NCBI RefSeq assembly: GCF_003044035.1
Contig: NZ_NVQC01000024.1
Location: 32,773-64,772 of the forward strand
Source of the DNA: Candidatus Methylomirabilis limnetica
GTDB lineage: Bacteria; Methylomirabilota; Methylomirabilia; Methylomirabilales; Methylomirabilaceae
Reading direction: 5' to 3'
DNA: 32,000 nucleotides
Shown one piece after another: positions 1 to 8,737 of this stretch. The position numbers and the translations under genes were made by a program. The stretch's first letter is position 1, and the number at the start of each line of letters is the position of its first letter. The notes beneath the pieces are model-generated. The model was not told the DNA's origin, ran no database searches, and saw only the letters and a list, made by a program, of their open reading frames with translations.

Positions 1-55
1 TGCCCGGATCACGATACAAGATATCTAAGATTTCCTGAGCCAATGACATGCGCAT
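1..55 (-). CDS. hypothetical protein, first 18 codons only (gene continues past the left edge)
   Basis: Reverse-strand ATG at 55-53 is preceded by AAGGGTGA (Shine-Dalgarno-like). The frame stays open to position 1 (MRMSLAQEILDILYRDPG...). Too short to name. Confidence 0.25.
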   Translation of the reverse strand, partial: MRMSLAQEILDILYRDPG

Positions 56-330
56 TGCATCACCCTTATGCTGTGTTATTGACTGAGCGTACTACCTCTT
101 CATCCAATCCACAAGCGAAAAATCTCACTGGCGCCACAAGAAAGAATCGTATCGCCTCTACGGCTCACGGGAAGCCTTCCCGCCGTTCAAGAAATTCTCT
201 TGGCCCTTAACCAGTATATCGACACATGCGGTGAACTCGTGATGAGAAAATCCAGTTGAAGAAACTCGTGCCGTACGCCGAAGGGATCTTCTTGCGCGTA
301 GATTGAAAGGTGTCATTGTAAGCGTAGGAA

Positions 331-388
331 CCCAATACCCCATTCGCCCACCTTTATCAAAGGGGGAATTGGGGGGATTTAGGGGAGC
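331..388. repeat. G/C-run palindromic (REP-like) element just downstream of the peptidase gene
   Basis: The CCTTT-ATC-AAAGG hairpin at 351-363 is flanked by C-runs and G-runs (cccaatacccc ... gggggaattggggggatttagggg). It has the same style as the element at 6654-6712. Confidence 0.6.
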
Positions 389-399
389 GACACGCGTCA

Positions 400-1554
400 T
401 CATTCGATCTCAAACTCGCTGATCTCTTTTGGGAAGTTGGTCAGATTTCGGCACCCTGCCGCAGTGACGACCACTAGGTCCTCAATCCGAATGGCCCCTG
501 CATCCAGATAGTAGAGCCCAGGCTCAACTGTCACCACGTAGCCACTTCTCAGAACCCCACCTGTCTTACCGATACGCGGGGGTTCATGGATATCGAGACC
601 AACCCCGTGACCAGTGCCGTGGAAGAACCCTTGCATCCGCCCGCCGAGCATACAGGTGGTAAATCCATCCTTCTCCAACACACCATTCACCTCGGCGTGT
701 ATGGCCCTTCCGTCGGCTTCGTCTCTGATTAACTCCATCCCGCGCTCCTGGGCGCTGAGCACCGCTCTGTACATAGCTCGAAGCTTCGGAGATGCCTTCC
801 CCTTCACGACGGTCCGGCTCATGTCGGCATAGTAACGGCTACGTTCCGACCTCGGAAAGACGTCGATCACAATCGACTCGTTTGCCCTGATGGGCCCATT
901 TCCATGATGGTGCGGATCGACCCCCTGCAGGCCGGGCGCCACAATCGTATGTTGGGCCACGCACTCGTGTTCCATCAACTTCATGTGCATGATCTTCTTG
1001 AGCGCCTCGGCGGTCAATTGCTCACCGTCGAGGTACAGCAGCCCGTCGCTCTCTATCCTGGCTGCCCGAATTGCCGAGACCGCCGCGCCCATGGCCTCTT
1101 CGGTGGCGCGCTGAGTCGCGGCAATCGCCTCAACCTCTGCGTCGCTCTTCACCAGCCGCGCCTCGAAGAACGGCTCACGTTTCACGGAGAGCGTGTAGCC
1201 CCTTGCCCGCAGGCCATCGGCGTACTCGACACCGAAGTTGCCAGGGACCAGCAGGTGGCGAGCCCCTCGCTCCTGCAGCACGAGGTCCAGGACATCCAGC
1301 AAGGACGGTGCGTCGGCGCCCTTCTGCCTCGCCATGCGCTCATACGCGCCATAGGAGAGAACCGTATCTACGCTCGATTGACTCTTCGCCCGATCCAGCT
1401 CCAGGTCGCTCATCACGGCGATCTTCTCTGCGCTAGTCTGGACAAAGATAAAGGGGTCCGGCGCCGCGAACCGGGTCGCATAGTACAGGTTCGCATCGAT
1501 CTCGCTGGCTGAGATCATGACCGTCGCATCACAGCCGGACAGCTCTTCCATCAC
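400..1554 (-). CDS. Xaa-Pro aminopeptidase/dipeptidase, M24B family
   Basis: 384-aa ORF with a creatinase-like N-domain followed by the M24 fold. Metal-ligand motifs HGTGHGVGLDIHEPP and VEPGLY are visible. The first codon is GTG at 1554, with an ATG one codon later (1551). Confidence 0.85.
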   Translation of the reverse strand: MMEELSGCDATVMISASEIDANLYYATRFAAPDPFIFVQTSAEKIAVMSDLELDRAKSQSSVDTVLSYGAYERMARQKGADAPSLLDVLDLVLQERGARHLLVPGNFGVEYADGLRARGYTLSVKREPFFEARLVKSDAEVEAIAATQRATEEAMGAAVSAIRAARIESDGLLYLDGEQLTAEALKKIMHMKLMEHECVAQHTIVAPGLQGVDPHHHGNGPIRANESIVIDVFPRSERSRYYADMSRTVVKGKASPKLRAMYRAVLSAQERGMELIRDEADGRAIHAEVNGVLEKDGFTTCMLGGRMQGFFHGTGHGVGLDIHEPPRIGKTGGVLRSGYVVTVEPGLYYLDAGAIRIEDLVVVTAAGCRNLTNFPKEISEFEIE

Positions 1555-1654
1555 CCATGCCCCCAGAAGGCAGGACCCTTTGATCTTGCGGCCGTCATGT
1601 GAGCAAATACCCCATGCGCCGAAGGTGCGCCGCAGGTATGAAAGTCGGCACCCC

Positions 1655-1792
1655 GTTCCCCCTCACCTTCATCCTCTCCCTCCCCGCTGGGGGGAGAGGA
1701 GATTTTATTATTATCCCTCGCCTCTGGGTGCGGAGCCGCGTCTTTTTTTACCCCTCGCCCCCCGCTGGGGGAGAGGGTGCGGGTGAGGGGAA

Positions 1793-1793
<1 letters not shown>
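1655..1793. repeat. G/C-rich nested-palindrome element (outer stem closing two CCCC-GCT-GGGG hairpins)
   Basis: The outer arms gttccccctcacc (1655-1667) and ggtgaggggaac (1782-1793) are reverse complements. The inner hairpins lie at about 1673-1700 and 1752-1777, and both have a GCT apex. The last base is the first base of the thiC stop codon. Confidence 0.8.
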
Positions 1794-3184
<1,391 letters not shown>

Positions 3185-3195
3185 TCAACCTTTTC

Positions 3196-3288
3196 AGGAT
3201 GCTCCCTACGCTGGCATGACCCAGATCAGGTCCGACGGTCGACGACGGTTTCTGTCGCCCTCTCAGCCTGCTCCCGCAGACTCCCGTA
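3196..3288 (-). promoter_or_regulatory. TPP (THI-box) riboswitch aptamer upstream of thiC
   Basis: The minus strand reads ...GGGAGCAGGCUGAGAGGG...ACCUGAUCUGGGUCAUGCCAGCGUAGGGA. The conserved CUGAGA lies at 3260-3266 and the ACCUGAUCUGG..UGCCAGCGUAGGGA block at 3203-3231. Position and orientation are correct for thiC. Confidence 0.88.
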
Positions 3289-3353
3289 CCCGCTTCCTAT
3301 TGTTTTCTAATCTACCCCCAATCAACAGGGGTGTCAAGAATCCACCAAAAGAT

Positions 3354-3534
3354 GGTCTATCTGGTCTATTTGGTCTGTCTGGTCTGTCTGGTCTATTTGG
3401 TCTGGGACGAGAAAGACGGAATAGACCAGAAGGACGGAATAGACCGAAGATGGTCTATCTGGTCTTTCTGGTCCTTCTGGTCATTTGGTCGGTGACGAGA
3501 TAGACGAAATAGACGGAACAGACCGAATAGACCA
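3354..3534. repeat. GGTCTAT-family element, two adjacent long imperfect hairpins built from 9-bp tandem units
   Basis: Units start at 3354, 3363, 3372, 3381, 3390 and 3399 (GGTCTNTNT), and the inverted units AGACGGAATAGACC... run to about 3450. The second module (3452-3534) has the apex TTTGGTCGGTGACGAGATAGACGAAATAGAC. The element ends 2 nt before the rmuC stop codon. Confidence 0.92.
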
Positions 3535-3536
3535 AT

Positions 3537-4925
3537 TTACTCTGCCTCGTCGATATCGAATGCGGTCAGGCGTCGAGGCGCTTGATCGATCGGCTGCAGT
3601 TCCTGGATCTCCTTCTTGCCACCGGCTCCGAGCGCCTGAAACTTTCGGGCCGTGGGGAAGACGCGGCTCTCAAACGAGGCAACCGCGGCGTTATATGAAT
3701 CCACGGCCTTGCCAATGGCCCCACCGACCTTGAGGAGGTGCTCGGCAAGTATCCCCATCCGGTCGGCGAGTTCCTGGCCCAGGGCACAGATGCGCTGGGC
3801 GCTCTCCGCGACGAGTTCCTGTCGCCACCCATAGGCGATGGCCCGGAGTAGGGCGATAAAGGTCGAGGGTGTCGCGATGACGACCTTCTTCGAGATTGCC
3901 GATTCAACCAGAGCCGGATCCTTCTCGGCGGCTGCGGCGAGAAAGGAGTCGTTCGGGATGAAGAGTACGACGAACTCTGGAGCGGCCGCGAACTGATCCC
4001 AGTACTCTTTCGAGGCCAGCTTCGTGACGTGCTGGTTCACCTGTGCCGCATGCTTGAGGAGGGCCACTTCGCGTTCCTCATCCGTTTTGGCTTCCAGCGC
4101 CTCGAGGAATCCTCCGAGTGGGACCTTGGAGTCCACCACTACCTCGCGCCCGGCCGGAAGCTTGACGACCATATCGGGGCGGACACGCCCTTCTTCAGTT
4201 GTCACGCTCTCCTGTTCCACAAAATCGCAGTGGGGCGACATCCCGGCGAGCTCAGCCGTTTTCCGAAGCGCGATCTCCCCCCACCGGCCGCGAACCTGTG
4301 GGGATCTCAGGGCGTTGACCAGCTTGGCGGTCTCACTCTGAAGGGTGGTCTGACTCAGGGCGACTGCACGCAGTTGTTCCCCCACTGTGCTGTACTCTCT
4401 GAGCCGTTTCTCTTCGAGCGCTTTTGTCTCTTGCTGATAAATGGAGAGGGTTTCGCTGAGTGGGTTAATAATAGTCTCGATCGCTTTTCTACGAGCGTCC
4501 AAATCGACAGTAGCTTCATCCTTCAGCGCCTTGAACTTCTCCTCGGCGAGGATGAGGAACCCTGTGTTGTTACCGGCCAGCGCTTCAGCCGCAAGCGACT
4601 TGAATGTATCAGTGAGCCGGGTCTTTGCATCCTCCAGGAGCGCTTTCTGCTCAGTAAGGTTTTTGTCGGTCTCGACGACTCGAGTTTCGGCGGCAGTCCT
4701 GGCTGTCTCAGCCTGTCGTAAATCCTCGCGCAAGGTGTCGAAGTCCTCCCTGGCCGAGGCGAGCTGGATGCGAATCTCCTCAACCCGCGCCTCTGCGGCC
4801 GCGGTTCGCGTCTCCTGATCTCGCAAGATGGAGCCCGCTGCTGCCTTGGTCCGGGCCGCGCTTATCACCCATCCAAACCCGGCGCCGATCACGAGCCCCA
4901 ACAGCAGGATCATCCATTCTGTCAT
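3537..4925 (-). CDS. rmuC: DNA recombination protein RmuC
   Basis: 462 aa. It has an N-terminal TM helix, a long Ala/Glu/Arg coiled-coil region and a C-terminal RmuC nuclease-like domain (PDMVVKLPAGREVVVDSK, FVVLFIPNDSF). Confidence 0.85.
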   Translation of the reverse strand: MTEWMILLLGLVIGAGFGWVISAARTKAAAGSILRDQETRTAAAEARVEEIRIQLASAREDFDTLREDLRQAETARTAAETRVVETDKNLTEQKALLEDAKTRLTDTFKSLAAEALAGNNTGFLILAEEKFKALKDEATVDLDARRKAIETIINPLSETLSIYQQETKALEEKRLREYSTVGEQLRAVALSQTTLQSETAKLVNALRSPQVRGRWGEIALRKTAELAGMSPHCDFVEQESVTTEEGRVRPDMVVKLPAGREVVVDSKVPLGGFLEALEAKTDEEREVALLKHAAQVNQHVTKLASKEYWDQFAAAPEFVVLFIPNDSFLAAAAEKDPALVESAISKKVVIATPSTFIALLRAIAYGWRQELVAESAQRICALGQELADRMGILAEHLLKVGGAIGKAVDSYNAAVASFESRVFPTARKFQALGAGGKKEIQELQPIDQAPRRLTAFDIDEAE

Positions 4926-4952
4926 ATTGAGTTCCCTAGAAAATGTCTAACT

Positions 4953-5102
4953 GGTCTATCTGGTCATTTGGTCTGTTTGGTCTGTTTGGTCTATTTGGTC
5001 TGTTTGGTCGGTGACGGAGTAGACGAAATGATCCGCTGTCGATTTGGTCGGTGACGAGATGGACGAGATAGACCAAATAGACCAGATAGACGAAATAGAC
5101 CC
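4953..5102. repeat. GGTCTAT-family element, second locus (long hairpin with duplicated apex motif)
   Basis: 9-bp units (one of 8 bp) start at 4953, 4962, 4970, 4979, 4988 and 4997. Apex motifs TTTGGTCGGTGACGGAGTAGACGAAAT (5003-) and TTTGGTCGGTGACGAGATGGACGAGATAGAC (5043-5073) are present. The inverted arm ATAGACCAAATAGACCAGATAGACGAAATAGACC runs to 5102. Confidence 0.92.
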
Positions 5103-5121
5103 AAGCCGGCCCATGCGGTCA

Positions 5122-6564
5122 TCACCCTTTGATGACGCCCATGGGGCGGAGGCGGGCGACCATCTTAGAGAGGCCGGCACGGTGAACAACCGTCACCACT
5201 TGGGTCACATCCTTATACGCCTCGGGCATTTCTTCAGCCAACGACTCCTGGCCGGACGCCTTGACAATGATCCCTTGATCCTCAAGCTCCCTGTGTATGG
5301 CGCGACCTTTGGCGGCCTTGATGGCGGCATGGCGACTCATGACCCTGCCAGCTCCATGGCAGGTACTCCCGAAGGTCTGCTCCATGGCGCCCGTTCCCAC
5401 CAGCACAAAGGAGGCCCGGCCCATGTCACCAGGGATGAGCACAGGTTGGCCGATGGCCTGGTAGTGAGCCGGCAGCTCCGGGTGCCCAGGCGGGAAGGCT
5501 CGCGTTGCGCCCTTCCGATGGACCGCCAGCTTAAGCCGCCTGCCCTCGACCTCGTGCTCCTCTACCTTGACGATGTTGTGGGCTACATCATAGACCGTGG
5601 AGAGTCCCAATGTCCTGGGGGAGATGCCAAAGACCTTCAGGAATACCTCCTTCGCCCAGTGGGCCAGACATTGGCGATTGTTCCAGGCAAAGTTGGCGGC
5701 GGCCCGCATGGCGCCAAGGTACTGCGTAGCCTCTGGCGACTTCCAAGGCGTACAGGCGAGCTGCCTGTCTGGGAGCTCTATCCCATACTTCCTCACTGCC
5801 CGCTCCATTTCGACGAGAGAATCTGTGCAGACTTGGTGCCCCAGGCCTCGAGAACCGGTATGAATCATCACGGTCACTTGGCCCTCGAACAGACCGAGAA
5901 CCTCGGCGGCATGGGGATCGTAGATCTCGGCGACGGCTTGGACCTCCAGGAAGTGATTGCCGGAGCCTAACGTTCCGAGCTGGCTACTCCCCCGCTCAAG
6001 GGCTTTATGGCTTACGGCATCCGGATCAGCGTCCGCAAGGCACCCGCCGGATTCGATGCAGGCAAGGTCTGCCGGCTCTCCGTACCCCTGTTTAACAGCC
6101 CATGCTGCGCCTTTGAGCAGCGGCGCCTCCATCTCCTGCCTGCTCAAGCGGATCCGGCCCCGTGAGCCGACGCCGGTTGGGATTTCGCTGAACAGGGCGA
6201 GGACCAACTCCTTGAGCTTTGGCCGCACCTCCTCTTTTGTCAGCTCCGTACGAAGCAATCGAACCCCACAGTTGATGTCGTACCCGACCGCGCCGGGAGA
6301 CACGACACCATCGGTGATGTCCGTGGCAACCACCCCACCGACCGGAAGACCGTACCCCTGATGGATGTCGGGCATGGCAAAGGAGGCCTTGACGATCCCC
6401 GGCAGGAAGGCTCCATTAGCCACCTGCTCCAAGGAGAGGTCCTTCATGATCGCTTGCATCAGGATGTCATCGGCATAGATGATCCCCGGAACACGCATCC
6501 CAGGTTTGTAATCTTGCGGGAGTAGCCATCGATAGTCATCGAGCTGTTGTACACCCTTGCTCAC
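5122..6564 (-). CDS. rtcB: RNA-splicing ligase RtcB (3'-phosphate/5'-hydroxyl RNA ligase)
   Basis: RtcB motifs PDIHQGYG, GSGNHFLE, HTGSRGLGHQV and GSTCHGAGR are present. The ORF track starts at TTG 6570. I prefer GTG 6564 because AAGAGG sits exactly 6 nt upstream of it. Confidence 0.92.
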   Translation of the reverse strand: MSKGVQQLDDYRWLLPQDYKPGMRVPGIIYADDILMQAIMKDLSLEQVANGAFLPGIVKASFAMPDIHQGYGLPVGGVVATDITDGVVSPGAVGYDINCGVRLLRTELTKEEVRPKLKELVLALFSEIPTGVGSRGRIRLSRQEMEAPLLKGAAWAVKQGYGEPADLACIESGGCLADADPDAVSHKALERGSSQLGTLGSGNHFLEVQAVAEIYDPHAAEVLGLFEGQVTVMIHTGSRGLGHQVCTDSLVEMERAVRKYGIELPDRQLACTPWKSPEATQYLGAMRAAANFAWNNRQCLAHWAKEVFLKVFGISPRTLGLSTVYDVAHNIVKVEEHEVEGRRLKLAVHRKGATRAFPPGHPELPAHYQAIGQPVLIPGDMGRASFVLVGTGAMEQTFGSTCHGAGRVMSRHAAIKAAKGRAIHRELEDQGIIVKASGQESLAEEMPEAYKDVTQVVTVVHRAGLSKMVARLRPMGVIKG

Positions 6565-6576
6565 GTCCAACCTCTT

Positions 6577-6628
6577 GCGTTCATGGCGTTCATGGCGTGT
6601 GGCGTTGATTGCGTCTGTGGCGTGGATT
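6577..6628. repeat. one-armed tandem array of six GCGT-initiated 7-9 bp units
   Basis: The units are GCGTTCATG GCGTTCATG GCGTGTG GCGTTGATT GCGTCTGTG GCGTGGATT. No inverted partner was seen. The array begins directly next to the rtcB Shine-Dalgarno sequence. Confidence 0.8.
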
Positions 6629-6653
6629 AGTGCTCAGCGCAGAAAATAGCTTA

Positions 6654-6712
6654 CCCCCTTTCCCGAAGCGAGGATTGACCCCTCTTTGGAAAAGAGGGGC
6701 GAGGGGAGATTT
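6654..6712. repeat. G/C-run palindromic (REP-like) element just downstream of mqnC
   Basis: A perfect 9-bp stem CCCCTCTTT-GGA-AAAGAGGGG at 6679-6699 is flanked by ccccctttccc and ggggcgaggggag. The element ends 2 nt before the mqnC stop codon. Confidence 0.75.
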
Positions 6713-6714
6713 GC

Positions 6715-7788
6715 TCATTCTAAGAGCTGATATCGTGAGTTTCGACGTTTTGGGACAAAACCTGCGTCGGCAATGTTTCGTCGGATCTCATCGAGAGGCA
6801 TAAGCTGCGCCGTGACGGCAGTCCTCACAACATTCTCCTCAAGAACGGTGCTCCCGAAGTCATTGACGCCGTACTGTAGCGAGAGCTGTCCGATCTTTGG
6901 GCCCATCGTCAGCCAGGATGCCTGGATATGCTGTACATTGTCCAGCATAATTCTGGACACAGCCACAGTCCGAAGATAGCCGTAGCCACTACCACCGCGC
7001 CCTCGGAGCGCGTCGCCATTGGGTTGATAGCTCCAGGGGATGAAGGCCGTGAAACCGCCGGTCCGATCCTGCAGCTCTCGAATCCTGATAAGGTGCTCAA
7101 TGCGCTGGGCCAGCGTCTCTCCCACCCCGTACATCATCGTGGCCGTGCTGGGTATCCCAAGACCGTGGGCGATCTGCATGAGGTTCAGCCAGTCAGATGC
7201 GCTCTCCTTAAGTGGCGAGACCCGCTCTCTCACCTCATCAACTAACAGTTCAGCCCCAGCTCCTGGGATCGAATCGAGGCCAGCCGCTTTAAGCCGCTTC
7301 AACGTGTCCTTGAGGGATAGCCTGGAACTATCTGATATATAACTGATTTCTACAGTAGAGAGCGCATGGAGATGGACCGGAAAGCGAGCCTTGATTGAGG
7401 TGAGCAGATCCTCATAATAGTCGATCTTCAGGCCGGGGTTAAGCCCCCCTTGCAGCAGGACCTCCGTCCCACCAAGCTCGATCAGCTCCTGGATCTTATG
7501 AAAGATATCCTCCTTGGGCAGGAGATACCCTTCGGTAGAGCCCGGGACCCGGTAGAAAGCGCAGAACGAACATTGGACCCAGCAGACGTTGGTATAGTTG
7601 ATGTTACGGCCAATGACATATGTCACAACCGGCTCGGGATGTAATCGCCAGCGCACGCAGTCAGCCATCGCGGATAGTTCCAGTAGTGTCGCGCGTTCGA
7701 AGAGTTCAACCCCATCATCGAAGCAGAGCCGCTCCCCCGCCTCGACCTTCTCTGCTATCGCCTCGATCCTGCCGTTCGACTCAGCCAT
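6715..7788 (-). CDS. mqnC: cyclic dehypoxanthinyl futalosine synthase MqnC (radical SAM, futalosine menaquinone pathway)
   Basis: The CxxxCxxC motif is present (NYTNVCWVQCSFCAFYR). MqnC-type blocks LLQGGLNPGLKIDYYEDL and GGFTAFIPWSYQP are visible, and 357 aa is a typical length. Confidence 0.8.
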   Translation of the reverse strand: MAESNGRIEAIAEKVEAGERLCFDDGVELFERATLLELSAMADCVRWRLHPEPVVTYVIGRNINYTNVCWVQCSFCAFYRVPGSTEGYLLPKEDIFHKIQELIELGGTEVLLQGGLNPGLKIDYYEDLLTSIKARFPVHLHALSTVEISYISDSSRLSLKDTLKRLKAAGLDSIPGAGAELLVDEVRERVSPLKESASDWLNLMQIAHGLGIPSTATMMYGVGETLAQRIEHLIRIRELQDRTGGFTAFIPWSYQPNGDALRGRGGSGYGYLRTVAVSRIMLDNVQHIQASWLTMGPKIGQLSLQYGVNDFGSTVLEENVVRTAVTAQLMPLDEIRRNIADAGFVPKRRNSRYQLLE

Positions 7789-7899
7789 GCCTTAGATTCC
7801 TCGGTTCCATCCGGCACTCGCTATGGGACAGCGATCCTGAAGCAGTTAAACTCATGCACCGTTGTTTTGTCAGTCATCTCAATCGGTCCGCGTCCGGGA

Positions 7900-8220
7900 T
7901 CAGCCGGCCTTGGCGGTTACCCGCAGCTTTACGCGGGCCTTCTTCTGGAGGGCGCTCACGATACCGAAGAAGTTCTCTGTACTCGGGTTGCCGCGCGGCG
8001 CCAGCATCCGATGCAGGCTCTTGCTCGGCTTGTTCAGCTCAGCGGCCAATTCTTCGAACCCGACGGTGGCGTTGACCAGATCGCGCAGGATGGCCTTACC
8101 CGCGGCGGTGTCACCCCCGAGATAGGCGTTGATCGCCTCCGTGAAGAGCATTTCGCGAAAACGCGGGTCGAGCTGCGCGCGCGCCACAACTGTGTCCTTG
8201 AAATCCCGTGTGAGTGCCAT
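7900..8220 (-). CDS. HigA-type antitoxin (addiction module antidote protein, HTH)
   Basis: 106 aa from ATG 8220 (MALTRDFKDTVVARAQLDPRF...). GGAGG lies 7 nt upstream and the toxin stop lies 16 nt upstream. The longer ORF-track model (to 8505) overlaps the toxin gene in another frame and is rejected. Confidence 0.8.
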   Translation of the reverse strand: MALTRDFKDTVVARAQLDPRFREMLFTEAINAYLGGDTAAGKAILRDLVNATVGFEELAAELNKPSKSLHRMLAPRGNPSTENFFGIVSALQKKARVKLRVTAKAG

Positions 8221-8236
8221 AGCGCCTCCGGTCTGC

Positions 8237-8569
8237 TTATCCCTTGGCCTTGCGGCGGCGATAATCGGCCCAGCGCTCCTTCGCCGCCTCGATCGCCTGT
8301 TGCTGGCGTTGCTTGGTGCTGCCGCCGAGCAAGATGACCACGCGCTCGCCGTCCCTGCCGAAATAGACTCGGTAGCCAGGGCCAAAGTCGATTTTTCGCT
8401 CGAACACACCCGAGCCGACCCCCTTGAGGTTTGAAGAGTTGCCCGCGGCCAGTTGATAGAGCGCAACCGCGACCTTGACTGCGGCGGGCGCGTTGAGCCC
8501 CTCAAACCAGGCGGCGTACGGCGAGCGACCCTCGGGATCGAGGTACTCCAGAATTCGAATGGCTGCCAT
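8237..8569 (-). CDS. RelE/ParE-superfamily toxin (addiction module killer protein, HigB-like)
   Basis: 110 aa with the typical killer-protein pattern (IRILEYLDPEGRSPYAAWFEGL..., GVGSGVFERKIDFGPGYRVYF, VVILLGGSTKQRQQQAIEAAKERW). The toxin-first order is typical of HigBA-like pairs. Confidence 0.82.
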   Translation of the reverse strand: MAAIRILEYLDPEGRSPYAAWFEGLNAPAAVKVAVALYQLAAGNSSNLKGVGSGVFERKIDFGPGYRVYFGRDGERVVILLGGSTKQRQQQAIEAAKERWADYRRRKAKG

Positions 8570-8576
8570 CGTCTAA

Positions 8577-8594
8577 GGTAACATATAGGTTACC
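8577..8594. promoter_or_regulatory. perfect palindrome GGTAAC-N6-GTTACC, candidate operator of the toxin-antitoxin promoter
   Basis: The palindrome lies 8-25 nt upstream of the toxin ATG in an AT-rich stretch (tatatggtaacctatatgttacc on the minus strand). Autoregulation through such sites is general type II TA knowledge. Confidence 0.45.
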
Positions 8595-8618
8595 ATATAA
8601 ACTCTGTCACAGCAATCA

Positions 8619-8674
8619 CGAAAAGTTTCACCGTATGGTGAAGGGCAGGGAAATTCAGTTCGATTCCCTTGCCT
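8619..8674 (-). terminator. two tandem hairpins downstream of mqnE, possible terminator
   Basis: On the minus strand GGCAAGGGAA...UUCCCUGCC (8641-8674) is followed by UUCACC-AUAC-GGUGAA (8627-8642) and then ACUUUUCG. The U tract is short. Confidence 0.4.
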
Positions 8675-8737
8675 TACCCGGAGCTCCTTAAACCCCTAGA
8701 CCCCTGAAACACTGCAGCGCTGGTCAGTATAGCAGCT

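Noticed and set aside
158-403. 81-aa minus-strand ORF downstream of the peptidase gene
   Set aside because: Its N-terminal third is simply the translation of the REP-like element (PLNPPNSPFDKGG). The rest is Arg/Ser-rich without motifs, and it overlaps the peptidase stop. I kept it as unexplained spacer and not as a gene.
5044-5970. Long plus-strand ORFs (this one, plus 904-1512, 2303-3019, 4029-4721, 11399-12313, 18445-19002, 25496-26128, 27462-28190 and others)
   Set aside because: Each lies antisense to a minus-strand gene with strong family motifs. The translations are low-complexity and Arg/Pro/Gly-rich, as is typical of shadow ORFs in GC-rich DNA. None has a recognisable motif or ribosome-binding site.
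8641-8674. tRNA-like T-arm string (CAGTTCGATTCCC) that could mark a tRNA gene or an integration att site next to the toxin-antitoxin cassette
   Set aside because: The flanking bases do not form a 5-bp T stem around a 7-nt loop. No acceptor, D or anticodon arms can be drawn. The string fits better as part of an imperfect 12-bp hairpin.
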